51,685 nucleotides of DNA from positions 1 through 51,685 of the forward strand of contig CAOKNG010000005.1 of the NCBI GenBank assembly GCA_948470025.1, read 5' to 3'. Made by a program: the position numbers and the translations under genes. Below are positions 1 to 11,488 of the stretch, in pieces; within the stretch, counting starts at the first letter, position 1; every line of letters begins with the position of its first letter. The notes under the pieces were generated by a model. It was given only the letters and a program-made list of their open reading frames with translations. It searched no databases and was not told the DNA's origin. This stretch comes from an uncultured Clostridium sp. (GTDB lineage Bacteria > Bacillota > Clostridia > TANB77 > CAG-508).

Positions 1-101
1 AAATTACAAAATGTTGGCTAAATTTAAAAAAATAGTCATAACGGAATATTAGGACCATAATTATCTTACTAATTTTAGCTAGTATTACAATCAATTTAGT
101 A

Positions 102-1347
102 ATGGGAAATAATGGAATCATAGCAAGAACAGTACAAGTAAAACAAGATTATGAAATGGAAACCGTAAGAGAAGAAGTTGTTTTAATGCTATCAGATTAC
201 ACATTAAAACAATATCAAACGAACCAAAATTTAGAAGATTACTTAGAACAACAAGTAAACGAAAGCAAGATAGAAAGTGTAGAAAATAATAGAGATGGAA
301 CACATACAATAATTATAAATGATTATATGGTAACAATTGATGATGAAATATTAGAAGTAATCGATATCACAAAAGCAAAAGCAATACCTAAAATTAGTAA
401 CCTGAAATTAGTAGTTGTTAATGCACTAGATGGAACAGAAACAGAAGCAAAAGATAACGAAGTACTGGAAGGAACACCGATAAAAATAACTTTTGATATA
501 AGTTTTGAAGAAGGTATATTAGTAGGAGTAAATGAGGGAACATTAGAAAATGGAAAAGTTGAATATACTACTAATGGTTTTCAACAAGAAGTTAAGTTTA
601 TTATAATAGGAAAAATAGGTGAAGAGGAATGTGTAAAAACAAAAACAATTATATTGAAAAGTTTATATAGAAAACAATATATTTCAGATACTGTTCAAAT
701 AGGTGATTTTGTTAATTATTCAGCAGGGCAATGGACAAAGAGCGATATAGAAAAAATGGGGGAACTATATGAAGGAAGTTCACTGCCAACCGTTCTAAGG
801 AAATTTGGGGGATTTGAAATAGGTACAAGCAAAGATGAGAGTATCAGTACGTGGAGGAATTTACAAAATAAATATAGTGGTGGTTGGCGTGTTTTGAGTA
901 AAAATGACGATGGAAGTGTTAATATAATACATGCAGGTACACCAGAGGGGTATTTGAGTAGTAGTGGTTATGAGAATGTTAAAGCTAGTATGGAAGTGCT
1001 CACAGAGTTGAGAGATTGGAGCATGTATGAGGATACGATGGGATTTTCTGTGCCTGGTTCGGCTCGTTGTGTTCGATTTGTTGGTGACTTGGATCATTTT
1101 GCCTCAGGAGATTCTTTATGGCAAATAGGAGTATATTACTGGGCGGCATCAACGCTTAACGGTGGAAAGTACTTAACAACAGTGAATGCATCAGGAAGTT
1201 ACCGGACATTCAGATGGACCATATTGTTTTGGAGTAAGACCAGTTGTAACATTGAAAGGTAATGTGTTTGTAACAAATATTTCAGAAAGTACTACACATA
1301 ATGAACCAGAAACAGCATGGGGATTGAGTTTAGGTATGAATAACTAA
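102..1347 (+). CDS. Pilin-like N-terminal anchored surface protein with C-terminal YW...GVRPVV domain; +1 shift at CGG 1203; 5' end uncertain or degenerate
   Basis: The ORF track ends at 1262. Skipping C1203 gives GHSDGPYCFGVRPVVTLKGNVFVTN...AWGLSLGMNN* (stop 1345-1347). In-frame upstream residues IIILLILASITINLVMGNNGII resemble the hydrophobic N-terminus of pilin-like proteins, but stops at 33 and 39 cut the frame. Confidence 0.65.
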
Positions 1348-1527
1348 AGTGTCCGTGTGTATCAAGTGCTAAAATATTAGGAAATTATTAGAAGGTTATA
1401 ATTAGAATTTCAATAGATGTCAAAACAAAAGAAGAGGTTATTTGCAAGGCAAATGGAAAAAGTATATGAAAAATCTTGACAAATTTTTTTATTGTGGTAC
1501 GATAATAAAAAATAAAAATGAGGAGGA

Positions 1528-2085
1528 ATGAAGATGAAAGCATATGTTTGTAAAGTATGTGGATATGTACATTTTGGAGAAGAAGCTCCAGAAAAATGCC
1601 CACAATGTGGAGCAGGAAAAGAAAAGTTTGAGTTAAAAGAAGAAACAAAAGGAGCAAAAGAATACGCAGATGAACATCAAATAGGAGTAGCAAAAGGATT
1701 AGACGAACAAGTTGTCAAAGGATTAAAAGATAATTTTATGGGAGAATGTACGGAAGTAGGAATGTACCTTGCTATGAGCCGTCAAGCAGACCGTGAAGGA
1801 TACCCAGAAGTTGCAGAAGCCTATAAGAGATATGCATGGGAAGAAGCAGAACATGCAGCAAAATTTGCAGAATTATTAGGAGAAATTGTATACCCAGATA
1901 CAAAGAAAAACTTAATGCTAAGAGCAGAAGCAGAATGTGGAGCATGTATGGGTAAAAAAGAACTTGCAACAAGAGCAAAAGAACTTGGCTATGATGCCAT
2001 CCACGACACCGTACACGAAATGGCAAAAGACGAAGCCCGCCATGGAAGAGGATTTGATGGGTTATTAAAAAGATATTTTAACTAA
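1528..2085 (+). CDS. rbr: Reverse rubrerythrin (N-terminal rubredoxin-like domain plus ferritin-like diiron domain); start may be 1534
   Basis: CKVCG...CPQCG motifs, then [18 protein letters not shown] and DEARHG diiron motifs; RBS GAGGAGG. Confidence 0.9.
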   Translation: MKMKAYVCKVCGYVHFGEEAPEKCPQCGAGKEKFELKEETKGAKEYADEHQIGVAKGLDEQVVKGLKDNFMGECTEVGMYLAMSRQADREGYPEVAEAYKRYAWEEAEHAAKFAELLGEIVYPDTKKNLMLRAEAECGACMGKKELATRAKELGYDAIHDTVHEMAKDEARHGRGFDGLLKRYFN

Positions 2086-2092
2086 ATAAACG

Positions 2093-2128
2093 AAAACCGA
2101 GCTAGCATTTTTCAGCTGGCTCGGTTTT
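2093..2128. terminator. Bidirectional intrinsic terminator between convergent genes
   Basis: AAAACCGAGCTAGC...GCTGGCTCGGTTTT hairpin. Confidence 0.75.
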
Positions 2129-2131
2129 ACT

Positions 2132-2668
2132 TTAAAATAAGGCGCTGGTTGGGATGTATAGGTCATCTGGTGGAGTTACTAAGTCGTCTTGTGGCTTGTT
2201 ACAAGATTGTATTTCTTCAATTTCAATAATGGGAATATTGCCATGGTAGTCGCCTTTTGTGATTTTTCCAGTAATTTCTACCCATGTATTATCGGAAAAT
2301 TTGGAAGCTTCTTTGTAATTACATAGAAAGCCAACCACTAATGTTTGATTATCCGAAGTTACTTTCATATTTCTTGCAAGTACAAATTGTGTTTCACTAA
2401 AATCATATACACGATAGACATATCCTGTAAAATGAATTTTTTGTCCTACATATTCATCTAAATTATCGTGAACAGCTTTTAAAATATTGGTATAATTGTC
2501 GGAATTGATGTTAGCCACATTTGGTGTAGGAAGACAAGTTGAATTTTGGTTTGTATGGAACATATCATAAATACGAAAACCAATCATACCGAAAAGCACA
2601 ATGGTAACAATAACAAATAGGATTTTTAAAAGGAATTTATAATCAAATTTTACATTACAAATAAACAT
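2132..2668 (-). CDS. Membrane-anchored protein with a DUF1980/TIGR03943 (YcgQ-like) C-terminal domain
   Basis: One N-terminal TM segment, then YVGQKIHFTGYVYR...FVLAR...VGFLC...DNTWVEITG. The ATG at 2668 has a GAGGT RBS; the ORF track extends to 2680. Confidence 0.6.
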   Translation of the reverse strand: MFICNVKFDYKFLLKILFVIVTIVLFGMIGFRIYDMFHTNQNSTCLPTPNVANINSDNYTNILKAVHDNLDEYVGQKIHFTGYVYRVYDFSETQFVLARNMKVTSDNQTLVVGFLCNYKEASKFSDNTWVEITGKITKGDYHGNIPIIEIEEIQSCNKPQDDLVTPPDDLYIPTSALF

Positions 2669-2704
2669 AGCATACCTCACTTATATATTAAATTATGGTA
2701 TTAC

Positions 2705-2733
2705 AATGTATGAAAGAGGGAAAACGTTTATGC
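2705..2733 (-). promoter_or_regulatory. Putative sigma-E (sporulation) promoter
   Basis: The minus strand reads GCATAAA-N14-CATACATT, matching the Firmicute sigma-E consensus. Confidence 0.5.
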
Positions 2734-2814
2734 TTGTTTTTTGAAAATAAGCAGTTTAATTTGCTACCATTTAGAATATCAATAAAAAAATTTTAACAAA
2801 AAGTAAAAATAGTC

Positions 2815-2843
2815 TTGACAAATAGGAACAAATGTTTTAAAAT
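2815..2843 (+). promoter_or_regulatory. Sigma-A promoter with a LexA-like box in the spacer
   Basis: TTGACA-N17-TAAAAT; the spacer contains GAAC-AAAT-GTTT. Confidence 0.65.
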
Positions 2844-2909
2844 AATATCGAATATAAATAAGGATGTTTTCTAGAAAATTTTTACTTTTAACAAATAAAA
2901 AGATAGGAA

Positions 2910-3840
2910 GTGTCTATTATGAACGAAGAAAATAATAGGATACTAATTAATGAAGAATTAAAAGAAACAACATATGAAACAGAAAAAATTAAGAATTTAA
3001 TTTATACAATACGTGGAAAACAAGTAATGTTAGATAGTGATGTGGCAATGCTATATCATTATACAACCAAAAATATTAATAAAGCTATGAAAAGAAATAT
3101 AGATAGATTTCCGAAAGATTTTTGCTTCCAAATAACAAAAGAAGAATTAGAAACGATGTGGTTCCAAAATGGAACCGCCTATGAAACGAATATAAAATAT
3201 AGAAATGAAAAATATTTGCCATATGTGTATACAGAACAAGGAATTTCTATGTTGTCTGGAATTCTAAAAAATGAGCTAGCGATACAAGTTAGCATAAATA
3301 TAATGAGAGCTTTTGTTGAAATGAGGAAATTTATTCTAAATAATGCCTTTGTATTTCAAGAGATACAAAACATAAAAACGACATTATTAGAACACAATAA
3401 AAAATTTGATATCATATTTAACGAATTACAAAAAGATAGAGAAACAGAATTTAAACAAAAGATTTTTTACAAAGGACAGATTTATGATGCGTATAGTTTA
3501 GTAATCGACCTAATTAAGAAAGCCAAAACGAAACTTGTGATTATAGACAATTACATCGATAACACGGTTTTAAACATGCTAACCAAGAAAAACAAAGACG
3601 TAGAAGTTCATCTCTTAACCTCACAAAATTGTAATCTTATGAAATTAGATATTCAAAAATTCAATCTTCAATACCCAACCCTAAAAATTTCCCATACCAA
3701 CCAATTTCATGACCGATTTCTGATAATGGATGATAAAGAAATCTACCACCTACGGAGCTTCCTTAAAAGACCTAGGAAAGAAATGCTTTGCCATATCGAA
3801 AATGGAAGATATGGAATTAGTGGAAAGAATAAAAGCATAA
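2910..3840 (+). CDS. ORF6N-domain DNA-binding protein with C-terminal PLD-like domain; +1 shift at CGG 3753
   Basis: ORF6N signatures IYTIRGKQVMLDSDVAMLY, NIDRFPKDFCFQ and LPYVYTEQGISMLS. After FHDRFLIMD...IYHL, skipping C3753 gives GASLKDLGKKCFAISKM (the family-type ending), stop 3838-3840. Confidence 0.8.
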
Positions 3841-3930
3841 AAACTAACGTTTAAAGATTTTTAAATTTTTAATTAAAAAACGTGCAATTAATATTGCAAT
3901 TTTCAAAACTATTTTTTTCTGAAAAATTCC

Positions 3931-3959
3931 TTGCGTAAAAGTGGATTTAGTGATATAGT
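3931..3959 (+). promoter_or_regulatory. Sigma-A promoter for secA
   Basis: TTGCGT-N17-TATAGT with an extended TG. Confidence 0.55.
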
Positions 3960-3996
3960 TACAAACGGATTATTTTAATTTTAGGAGGAAACGTAA

Positions 3997-6720
3997 ATGG
4001 GATTATTTAAAACCTATAGTGAAAAAGAAGTAAAAAGAGTAATGCCAATGGTAAATAGAATTAATGCATTAGAAGAAGAGATTTCAGGATTATCGGATGA
4101 TGAGTTAAAAGCAAAAACGGAATATTTTAAAAAGGAATTAGAACAAGGAAAAAAATTGGATGATATATTAGAAGAAGCGTTTGCAGTAGTTAGAGAGGCT
4201 TCTAAAAGGGTACTAGGTATGAGACATTTTGATGTGCAATTAATTGGTGGTATCATTTTGCACCAAGGTAGAATTGCTGAAATGAAAACTGGTGAAGGAA
4301 AAACCTTAGTTGCTACCTTACCAGTTTACCTAAACGCCCTTACAGGAAAAGGAGTTCATGTAATTACCGTTAACGACTATCTTGCCAAACGTGATAGCGA
4401 ATGGATGGGAAAACTATACAAATTTTTAGGGTTAACGGTAGGACTTGCTATTTCTGGTATGGAACCAGATGAAAAAAGAAAAGCCTATGCTTGTGATGTT
4501 ACTTATGGAACCAATAACGAATTTGGATTTGATTATTTAAGAGATAACATGGTAATTTATAAAAACCAAGCCGTTCAAAGAGATTTACAATTTGCCATTG
4601 TGGATGAAATTGATAGTATTTTAATTGATGAAGCACGTACCCCATTAATCATTTCAGGACGTGCAAACCAATCGTCAGACCTTTACAAAAAAGCCAACGA
4701 TTTTGTAAAACGTTTACAAGCAAAAGTCATTGTAGAAGAAGATATTAAAGATGAAGAACAAGCAGAAGATAACGAAAACTATGACTACATAGTGGATTTA
4801 AAAGCAAAATCCGCTTCTTTAACCATAAAAGGAATAAAAAAAGCAGAAGAATTCTTCCATATCGATAATTTTAACGATTTGGATAATTCTGAAATTGTAC
4901 ACCATGTAAACCAAGCTTTACGCGCACATGGTGTTATGAAACGTGATATTGATTATATGGTAAAAGATGGAGAAGTACTAATTGTAGACGAATTTACCGG
5001 AAGAATTATGTATGGAAGAAGATACAATAATGGACTTCACCAAGCTATCGAAGCAAAAGAAGGTGTAAAAATTGCAGATGAATCCAAAACCCTTGCTACT
5101 ATTACTTTCCAAAATTACTTTAGAATGTATGCAAAATTAGCGGGTATGACAGGTACTGCTATGACAGAAGAAGCCGAATTTAGAGAAATCTATAATTTGG
5201 ATGTTATTGCCATTCCAACCAACAAACCAATGATACGTAATGACCAAAACGATATTATTTATAAAAATGAACCAGCCAAATACCGAGCAATTGTAAAAAG
5301 TGTAAAAGAAAGTTATGAAAAAGGACAACCTGTTTTAGTAGGTACAGTATCCATTGAAAAATCAGAAAAACTAAGTAAAATTTTAAAACAAGAAGGAATC
5401 CCACACTCAGTATTAAATGCCAAATACCATGAACAAGAAGCAACCATTATTGCACAAGCTGGTAAATTTGGAGCAGTTACCATTGCCACGAACATGGCAG
5501 GACGTGGAACCGATATTATGCTTGGAGGAAACAGCGAATACTTAGCAAGAGAAGCCATGAAAAGACAACGTTATACCGATGAACAAATTGAAGAAGCAAT
5601 GGCATTTAATGAAACAAACGACCAAGCTATTTTAGCTTCGAGGGAAAAATTTAGAGCATTAGAAAAACAATATGAAGATGAAATCAAAGAAGAAAAACAA
5701 AAAGTAATCGATGCAGGTGGACTAAAAATTATTGGTACCGAAAGACATGAATCCAGAAGAATTGATAACCAGTTACGTGGACGTAGTGGACGTCAAGGAG
5801 ACATAGGAGAATCCAAATTTTATATTGGCTTAGATGATGATTTAATGAAAATTTTTGGTGGAGACATGATTACCAATGTGTACAACACACTTGGGGCAGA
5901 AGAAGATATGCCGATTGAATCCAAAATTATTTCTGGTGCAGTAGAAAAAGCACAAAAACGAGTAGAAGGTAAAAACTTTAGTATTCGTAAACACGTACTT
6001 CAATATGATGATGTTATGAATACACAAAGAGAAATTATTTATGCTCAACGTAAACAAGTATTAGATGGAAATAACCTAAAAGAAAGCATTGTGCATATGA
6101 TAACTGAGTTAGCAACAAGTATTGTAAGCAGCTATTTTGTAGAAGAACCAGTTAATAAAAATTCTTTAAAAGAAGAAATTAGAACGGTTTTTGGAATTGA
6201 AACCCTAGAAAGCTTACAAGATAAAAAATTAGAGAGCCAAAAGGTAATAGAAGAAGTAACCAATAAAGCATTAGCTCGTTACGAACAAAAAGAACAAGAA
6301 ATAGGAGAAACAGACTTAAGAGAACTAGAACGAGTTGTTATGCTAAAAGTAGTAGACCAAAAATGGATGGATCATATTGATGCTATGGACGAATTAAAAG
6401 ATGGAATAGGACTTCGTGCTTACGGGCAAAAAGACCCAGTCATCCAATATCGTATTGAAGGAACCAACATGTTTGATGAAATGATATACGACATTCAATA
6501 TGATGTAGTAAAAATTCTACTAAACATCCAAAAACAAACCGAAATTCGAAGAGCAGAAACCGCAAGAATTACAAACGCTTCCCTAGAAAATATAAACGAC
6601 GTAAATGGAGGAGCAGAACAAACCCATGTAACTGTAAAAAATGAAGGACCAAAAGTAGGAAGAAACGACCCATGCCCATGTGGAAGTGGGAAAAAGTACA
6701 AGAATTGTTGCGGAAAATAG
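3997..6720 (+). CDS. secA: Preprotein translocase ATPase SecA
   Basis: MKTGEGKT Walker [43 protein letters not shown], and C-terminal SEC-C motif [18 protein letters not shown]. Confidence 0.99.
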   Translation: MGLFKTYSEKEVKRVMPMVNRINALEEEISGLSDDELKAKTEYFKKELEQGKKLDDILEEAFAVVREASKRVLGMRHFDVQLIGGIILHQGRIAEMKTGEGKTLVATLPVYLNALTGKGVHVITVNDYLAKRDSEWMGKLYKFLGLTVGLAISGMEPDEKRKAYACDVTYGTNNEFGFDYLRDNMVIYKNQAVQRDLQFAIVDEIDSILIDEARTPLIISGRANQSSDLYKKANDFVKRLQAKVIVEEDIKDEEQAEDNENYDYIVDLKAKSASLTIKGIKKAEEFFHIDNFNDLDNSEIVHHVNQALRAHGVMKRDIDYMVKDGEVLIVDEFTGRIMYGRRYNNGLHQAIEAKEGVKIADESKTLATITFQNYFRMYAKLAGMTGTAMTEEAEFREIYNLDVIAIPTNKPMIRNDQNDIIYKNEPAKYRAIVKSVKESYEKGQPVLVGTVSIEKSEKLSKILKQEGIPHSVLNAKYHEQEATIIAQAGKFGAVTIATNMAGRGTDIMLGGNSEYLAREAMKRQRYTDEQIEEAMAFNETNDQAILASREKFRALEKQYEDEIKEEKQKVIDAGGLKIIGTERHESRRIDNQLRGRSGRQGDIGESKFYIGLDDDLMKIFGGDMITNVYNTLGAEEDMPIESKIISGAVEKAQKRVEGKNFSIRKHVLQYDDVMNTQREIIYAQRKQVLDGNNLKESIVHMITELATSIVSSYFVEEPVNKNSLKEEIRTVFGIETLESLQDKKLESQKVIEEVTNKALARYEQKEQEIGETDLRELERVVMLKVVDQKWMDHIDAMDELKDGIGLRAYGQKDPVIQYRIEGTNMFDEMIYDIQYDVVKILLNIQKQTEIRRAETARITNASLENINDVNGGAEQTHVTVKNEGPKVGRNDPCPCGSGKKYKNCCGK

Positions 6721-6816
6721 CCAATTACAAGCACTTGCAGATAGGAGTAAAATGCCAAATGTTAGCATTTGTTATCCCAAATTTTAAGTTTTTGGCAGTT
6801 TTTAGAGAAAAATATT

Positions 6817-6851
6817 GAAAGCAGATAATTTTTAGATAACTATCTGCTTTC
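6817..6851 (+). terminator. Inverted repeat downstream of secA (likely terminator)
   Basis: GAAAGCAGATA...TATCTGCTTTC. Confidence 0.5.
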
Positions 6852-6919
6852 ATAGTATAAGCAAAGGTTGGAAAAAATAATATTTTAAAAATAGAATAAA
6901 AACGGGAGTGATTTTAGAT

Positions 6920-7333
6920 ATGAAAAAAATATTTGTAATATGTAGTAAAGCATTTTATAAAGATATACCACCAATTAAAGAAAAATTAGAAGTAAATGGT
7001 TGGGAAGTATTTTTACCTCATACATACGAAAATCCTAATGCTGAAAATGAGTGGTATGCGAAAGGAAAAGAAGAACATGCAAAGATGAAAGGCGAAATGT
7101 TTAAAAGAAGTAGAGATAGAATTAAATCAATGGATGCAGTGTTAACGTTAAATTTTGATAAAAATGGAAAAAAGAACTATGTTGGTGGCTCAACATTTCT
7201 TGAATTATATGAGGCTTTTATGGAAAATAAAAAAATATACTTATGGAATGAAGTACCAGAGGGAATTTTATTTGATGAGATAAGCGGATTTGCACCTGAA
7301 ATTATAAACGGTAATTTAGAGTTAGTAAAATAA
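6920..7333 (+). CDS. Hypothetical protein, possibly nucleoside 2-deoxyribosyltransferase-like fold
   Basis: KKIFVICS...DAVLTLN...NYVGGSTFLELYEAF...KKIYL pattern. The ORF track starts at GTG 6908; ATG 6920 follows GGGAG. Confidence 0.5.
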   Translation: MKKIFVICSKAFYKDIPPIKEKLEVNGWEVFLPHTYENPNAENEWYAKGKEEHAKMKGEMFKRSRDRIKSMDAVLTLNFDKNGKKNYVGGSTFLELYEAFMENKKIYLWNEVPEGILFDEISGFAPEIINGNLELVK

Positions 7334-7437
7334 GAGAGGGTTATTAAATATCTGTGTATTTATGATATTATTTTTATCAAGCAAATAAGAATAAAAATTT
7401 ATATAAGTTGTGATAGCAAAGAAAGTAAAAGGGGATT

Positions 7438-8667
7438 ATGATGGAAAAACAAAAGGTGACGAAGAAAAGTAAAAAACAAAGAGCAAAATTTTTGAAACTT
7501 GCTAGTGTTTTCTTAGTGATAATGCTTGCCATATTTGCGATAGAAATAGGACAGCATTCAAACCAAGAACAGACAGACTTAGTTTCTTCTAGCATAGAAA
7601 AAGAAAATATTGTAGCAGTAGAAGAAAAAAAGAGTGTTACCATTCATTTAATGGCGATTGGGGATGCAATGTGCCATAGTCAGAATTTTAAAGATGCCTA
7701 TCAGGCAAGTACAAAAACGTATGACTTTTCGCATGTATTTACCAATATACGAGAAAAGGTAGGGGCTGCCGATATTGCGATTGGTAATTTAGAAACGACT
7801 TTTGCAGGAGCAGAAAAAGGGTATAGTGGTTTTCCTACGTTTAATACACCAGATGCTTTAGGGTATGCCTTGAAGGATATGGGAGTTGATGTATTGTCAA
7901 CTGCAAATAACCATAGTTTGGACAAGGGGTATAGTGGAATTGTTCGAACATTAGATGTGTTAGATGAAATTGGGGTTTCTCATATGGGGACGTATCGTTC
8001 TAGTGAAGAACAAAATGAACTTCTAATAAAGGATGTAAATGGCATTAAATTTGCATTTTTATCGTTTACTTATGGTACAAATGGTATTCCAGTACCAAAA
8101 GGAAAAGAATATTGTATTAATTTAATTGATGAAACTCTTATGAAAAAGCAAATTGATCAAGCGAAGGCGGAAAATGTGGATGTAATTTGTGTTAGTATGC
8201 ATTGGGGAGACGAGTATAAAATAAAGCAAAATGCGACTCAAGAGAGATTGGCAGATTTTCTATTTGAAAATGAAGTAGATATTATTTTAGGAAGTCATCC
8301 TCATGTGCTAGAACCAATGGAAAAACGAACCATAAGGTTAGCCGATGGGACAACCAAAGATGGGTTTGTAATTTATTCCTTAGGAAACTTCATATCTGCA
8401 CAAAAACAAGAAAACACAAGAAATACGATTCTATTAGATTTACAAATCACCAAAAACCCAGAAGGGAAAATTTCCATTGACAAAGTAGAATACACACCAC
8501 TTTACGTATACGACAAAGGTGTAGGAAAGCCAGAACGATATAAAATACTAGACATTAGGCAAACCATTGCCAATTACGAAAATGGAACCGATACGTCCAT
8601 AGGAGCGACAACCTATAAAACACTACAAACAGAGCTTGCAAAGATTGAAAGTATTATGGGAAACTAA
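7438..8667 (+). CDS. CapA family (poly-gamma-glutamate synthesis-like) metallophosphoesterase, membrane-anchored
   Basis: IGDAMCH, GNLET, STANNHSLDKG, SMHWGDEY, ILGSHPHV and YSLGNF motifs. Confidence 0.9.
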   Translation: MMEKQKVTKKSKKQRAKFLKLASVFLVIMLAIFAIEIGQHSNQEQTDLVSSSIEKENIVAVEEKKSVTIHLMAIGDAMCHSQNFKDAYQASTKTYDFSHVFTNIREKVGAADIAIGNLETTFAGAEKGYSGFPTFNTPDALGYALKDMGVDVLSTANNHSLDKGYSGIVRTLDVLDEIGVSHMGTYRSSEEQNELLIKDVNGIKFAFLSFTYGTNGIPVPKGKEYCINLIDETLMKKQIDQAKAENVDVICVSMHWGDEYKIKQNATQERLADFLFENEVDIILGSHPHVLEPMEKRTIRLADGTTKDGFVIYSLGNFISAQKQENTRNTILLDLQITKNPEGKISIDKVEYTPLYVYDKGVGKPERYKILDIRQTIANYENGTDTSIGATTYKTLQTELAKIESIMGN

Positions 8668-8697
8668 AAAAGACACAAGAGGTGTCTTTTTTAGTTT
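8661..8697. terminator. Bidirectional terminator between the CapA gene and mgtA
   Basis: Perfect hairpin AAACTAAAAAAGACAC-AAGAG-GTGTCTTTTTTAGTTT. Confidence 0.85.
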
Positions 8698-8722
8698 GTA
8701 GGGGCGAGCCTTGTGTTCGCCC
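8698..8722 (+). repeat. GTAG-type REP palindrome
   Basis: GTAG-GGGCGA...TCGCCC; the same family occurs at 49490. Confidence 0.6.
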
Positions 8723-8726
8723 GAAA

Positions 8727-11350
8727 TTATATCCATTCACCATACTTCCTAACATACAATTTCTTAACCATACTTGCAATAAAGCAGTATAGGATTGGAA
8801 AGCCTATGATGACAATTAGGTAGATTGGTGCGAAGGGAACAAGTCCTATCCATTTTCCTAAAACAGTAAATGGGACAATTAGTGCAACAATGCTTAAGAG
8901 GATGGAGGTTAGGTAGACTGGTAGTGAGGCATTGCTTTTAACAAATGGGGTTTTTGCGGTTCGGATGATGTGTAGACCAATTAGATTGGAGACAACTCCA
9001 TAGCTAAACCAGATGGTTTGGAAGAGGGCACTTTGGGGAAGTCTTAGCCCAAAGCCAAACCACAAAGAGGCAAATACCATTAGGTCGAAAATGGAGCTAG
9101 TGGGTCCCATGAAGAACATGAAATTTCGTAAGTCTTTTAAATTCCATTTTCTTGGTTTGGTTACATATTCGGCATCCACATTGTCGAAGGGTAGGCTAAG
9201 TTGACCAAAGTCGTATAAAAGACTTTGCACTAATAGCTGGATGGGGGTGATTGGTAAAAAGGGAAGAACAATACTAGCAATTAATACGGACAACACTTCT
9301 CCAAAATTAAAACTAACTGCCATTTTGATGTATTTTAAAAGATTGGCAAAGGTTTTTCTTCCTTCGATGGCTCCATCTAGTAAAACATTTAAGTCTTTTT
9401 CTAATAAAATAATATCAGAGGTTTCTTTGGCAATATCAACTGCAGTATCGACACTAATACCAACATCGGCATTGGTAAGAGAGGGACTATCGTTAATACC
9501 GTCTCCCATATAACCAACCACATTTCCAGCTTCTTTTAATAAACGAACAATTCTTGCTTTCTCAATTGGCGAAAGTTTTACAAAAATATTGGTATCATAT
9601 AGTAATCGAAGAAGGGCGGTATCAGTTAAACGGTTTACTTGGCTACCAGAAACAATATGGGCAGTATTAATTCCTACTTGCTTACAAATACATTTGGTAA
9701 CTTCCTCATTATCACCAGTTAAAACAATCACTCGAATTCCTTTTTCATTTAAAGAATCAATGGCAAGTTTTGCACTTTCTTTTGGAGGGTCTAAAAAGCC
9801 GATAAATCCCATTAATACCATTTTCGATTCATCTTTTACACTAAAATTTGAAATATCTAAAATATCATTTTTCTGGCAAACAGCAATCACACGTAATCCT
9901 TCTAAATTAAGCTGTTTGGTAAAGTTTCGGATGACTTCTTTTTTCTTTGGTGTAAGTTCCGAAACAGAACCATGATCCGAAACAAAACTACAAATGGATA
10001 AAATTTCTTCTACTGCTCCTTTGGTGATTAACTGTGTTTTCGTACCATCCGATACTACAACCGATAAACGCCTTCTTGCAAAATCGAATGGAATTTCGTC
10101 TTGTTTGGTATAGTGATTGGAAATATCGCTTAAATTCATTTCCTTTGCTTTGTCGATAATAGCGTTATCGATATTACCTTTTAATCCAGTTTGAAAATAA
10201 GCGTTTAAGAAAGCGTGTTTTAAAACACCATAATTTTCATTCCCATTTACATCTAAGTATTTTTGTAAAACAATTTCGTCCTTGGTTAAAGTACCTGTTT
10301 TATCGGTACAAAGGATATTCATCGCACCAAAACTTTGGATAGAATCTAACTTTTTTACAATGGTTTTCTTTTTCGACATGCGAATGGCACCTTTGGCAAG
10401 GGAAGAAGACAGAATAACAGGCAGTAATAGTGGGGTAATACCAATCGCAATTGCAACCGAAAAGGTAAAAGTAATTAGAACATCGTGTTTTCCAATGTTA
10501 ATAAAAAAGGTAATGGGAATCATAACAAGCATAAAACGGATAAGTAGTTTACTAATACTCTTAATTCCCTTTTGAAAAGCGGTTTCTGGTTTGCCAGAAC
10601 CGAATGGTTTTAGCAATTTTTCCTAAATAGGTATCATTTGCGGTTTTAATGACTACCCCTTTGGCACTACCGCTAATGACATTAGTTCCCATAAAACAAA
10701 TGGTATCTAAATCGGTAATACTTTTAATTCCTTCTACTGATGTCAGCCCTGAGGTAGAAGATTTTTTAACTGCTTCCGATTCACCAGTCAAAGTAGATTG
10801 CCCCACATGTAAATCTTTTTCTTCAATAATACGAAGGTCGGCAGGAATCATATCACCAGCAGAAAGAAGAATGACATCTCCTGTTACAAGGTCTTTAATA
10901 GGAAGTTGCACTTTTTTATCATCACGTAAAACCGTGCAAGTAGTAGCAACAAGCCCACGAAGTTTCTCGGCCGCTTTGTTAGAGCGGTATTCTTGAATAA
11001 ATTCAAGTAAGGTACTTGTGGCAACTAAAACAAGAATAACCACAATATTGGCATAACTTGGCGTTTCGGCTAAAATAACATCAGTGTATATAAGCACAAG
11101 ACAAATCAGTAATAAAATAACATTAAAAGGACTTAATAAACTTTCTAATAAGTAATGGTACCAATGCTTACGACGAGCTTGTTTTAATTCATTTGGACCA
11201 TTTTTAGAAAGCACCCCATTTGCAAAATCGGTTGTTAAACCAGACCCGTAAAAAATTCATTTTTGCCAAAAACTCCTTTGGTTCTAAAATCGTTTCAACC
11301 CCATATTTTTCACCTAAATTGATTTCTTCCAATTTCAAATTCGTAGCCAT
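8727..11350 (-). CDS. mgtA: Magnesium-translocating P-type ATPase (about 873 aa) with two +1 shifts at CGG (11248 and 10602)
   Basis: ATG 11350 with GGAG RBS. The joined product reads ...MNFL-G-SGLTTDFANGVLSKNGPNE...LTGES...KIAKTI-G-SGKPETAFQKG...DKTGTLT...TKGAVEE...LTGD...GDGINDSP...YIKMAVSFNFG. Confidence 0.9.
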
Positions 11351-11488
11351 AACATCACTCCAAGAAAAATTCTTTTTCTTACAGTATGTCACAAACATGA
11401 AAAAAACATACCTAATACTTGAAATGTACATAAAATTTAGGTATAATAATAAAGCATGCCAAAAAGGCATGGCAGAAAGGAGAACCAA

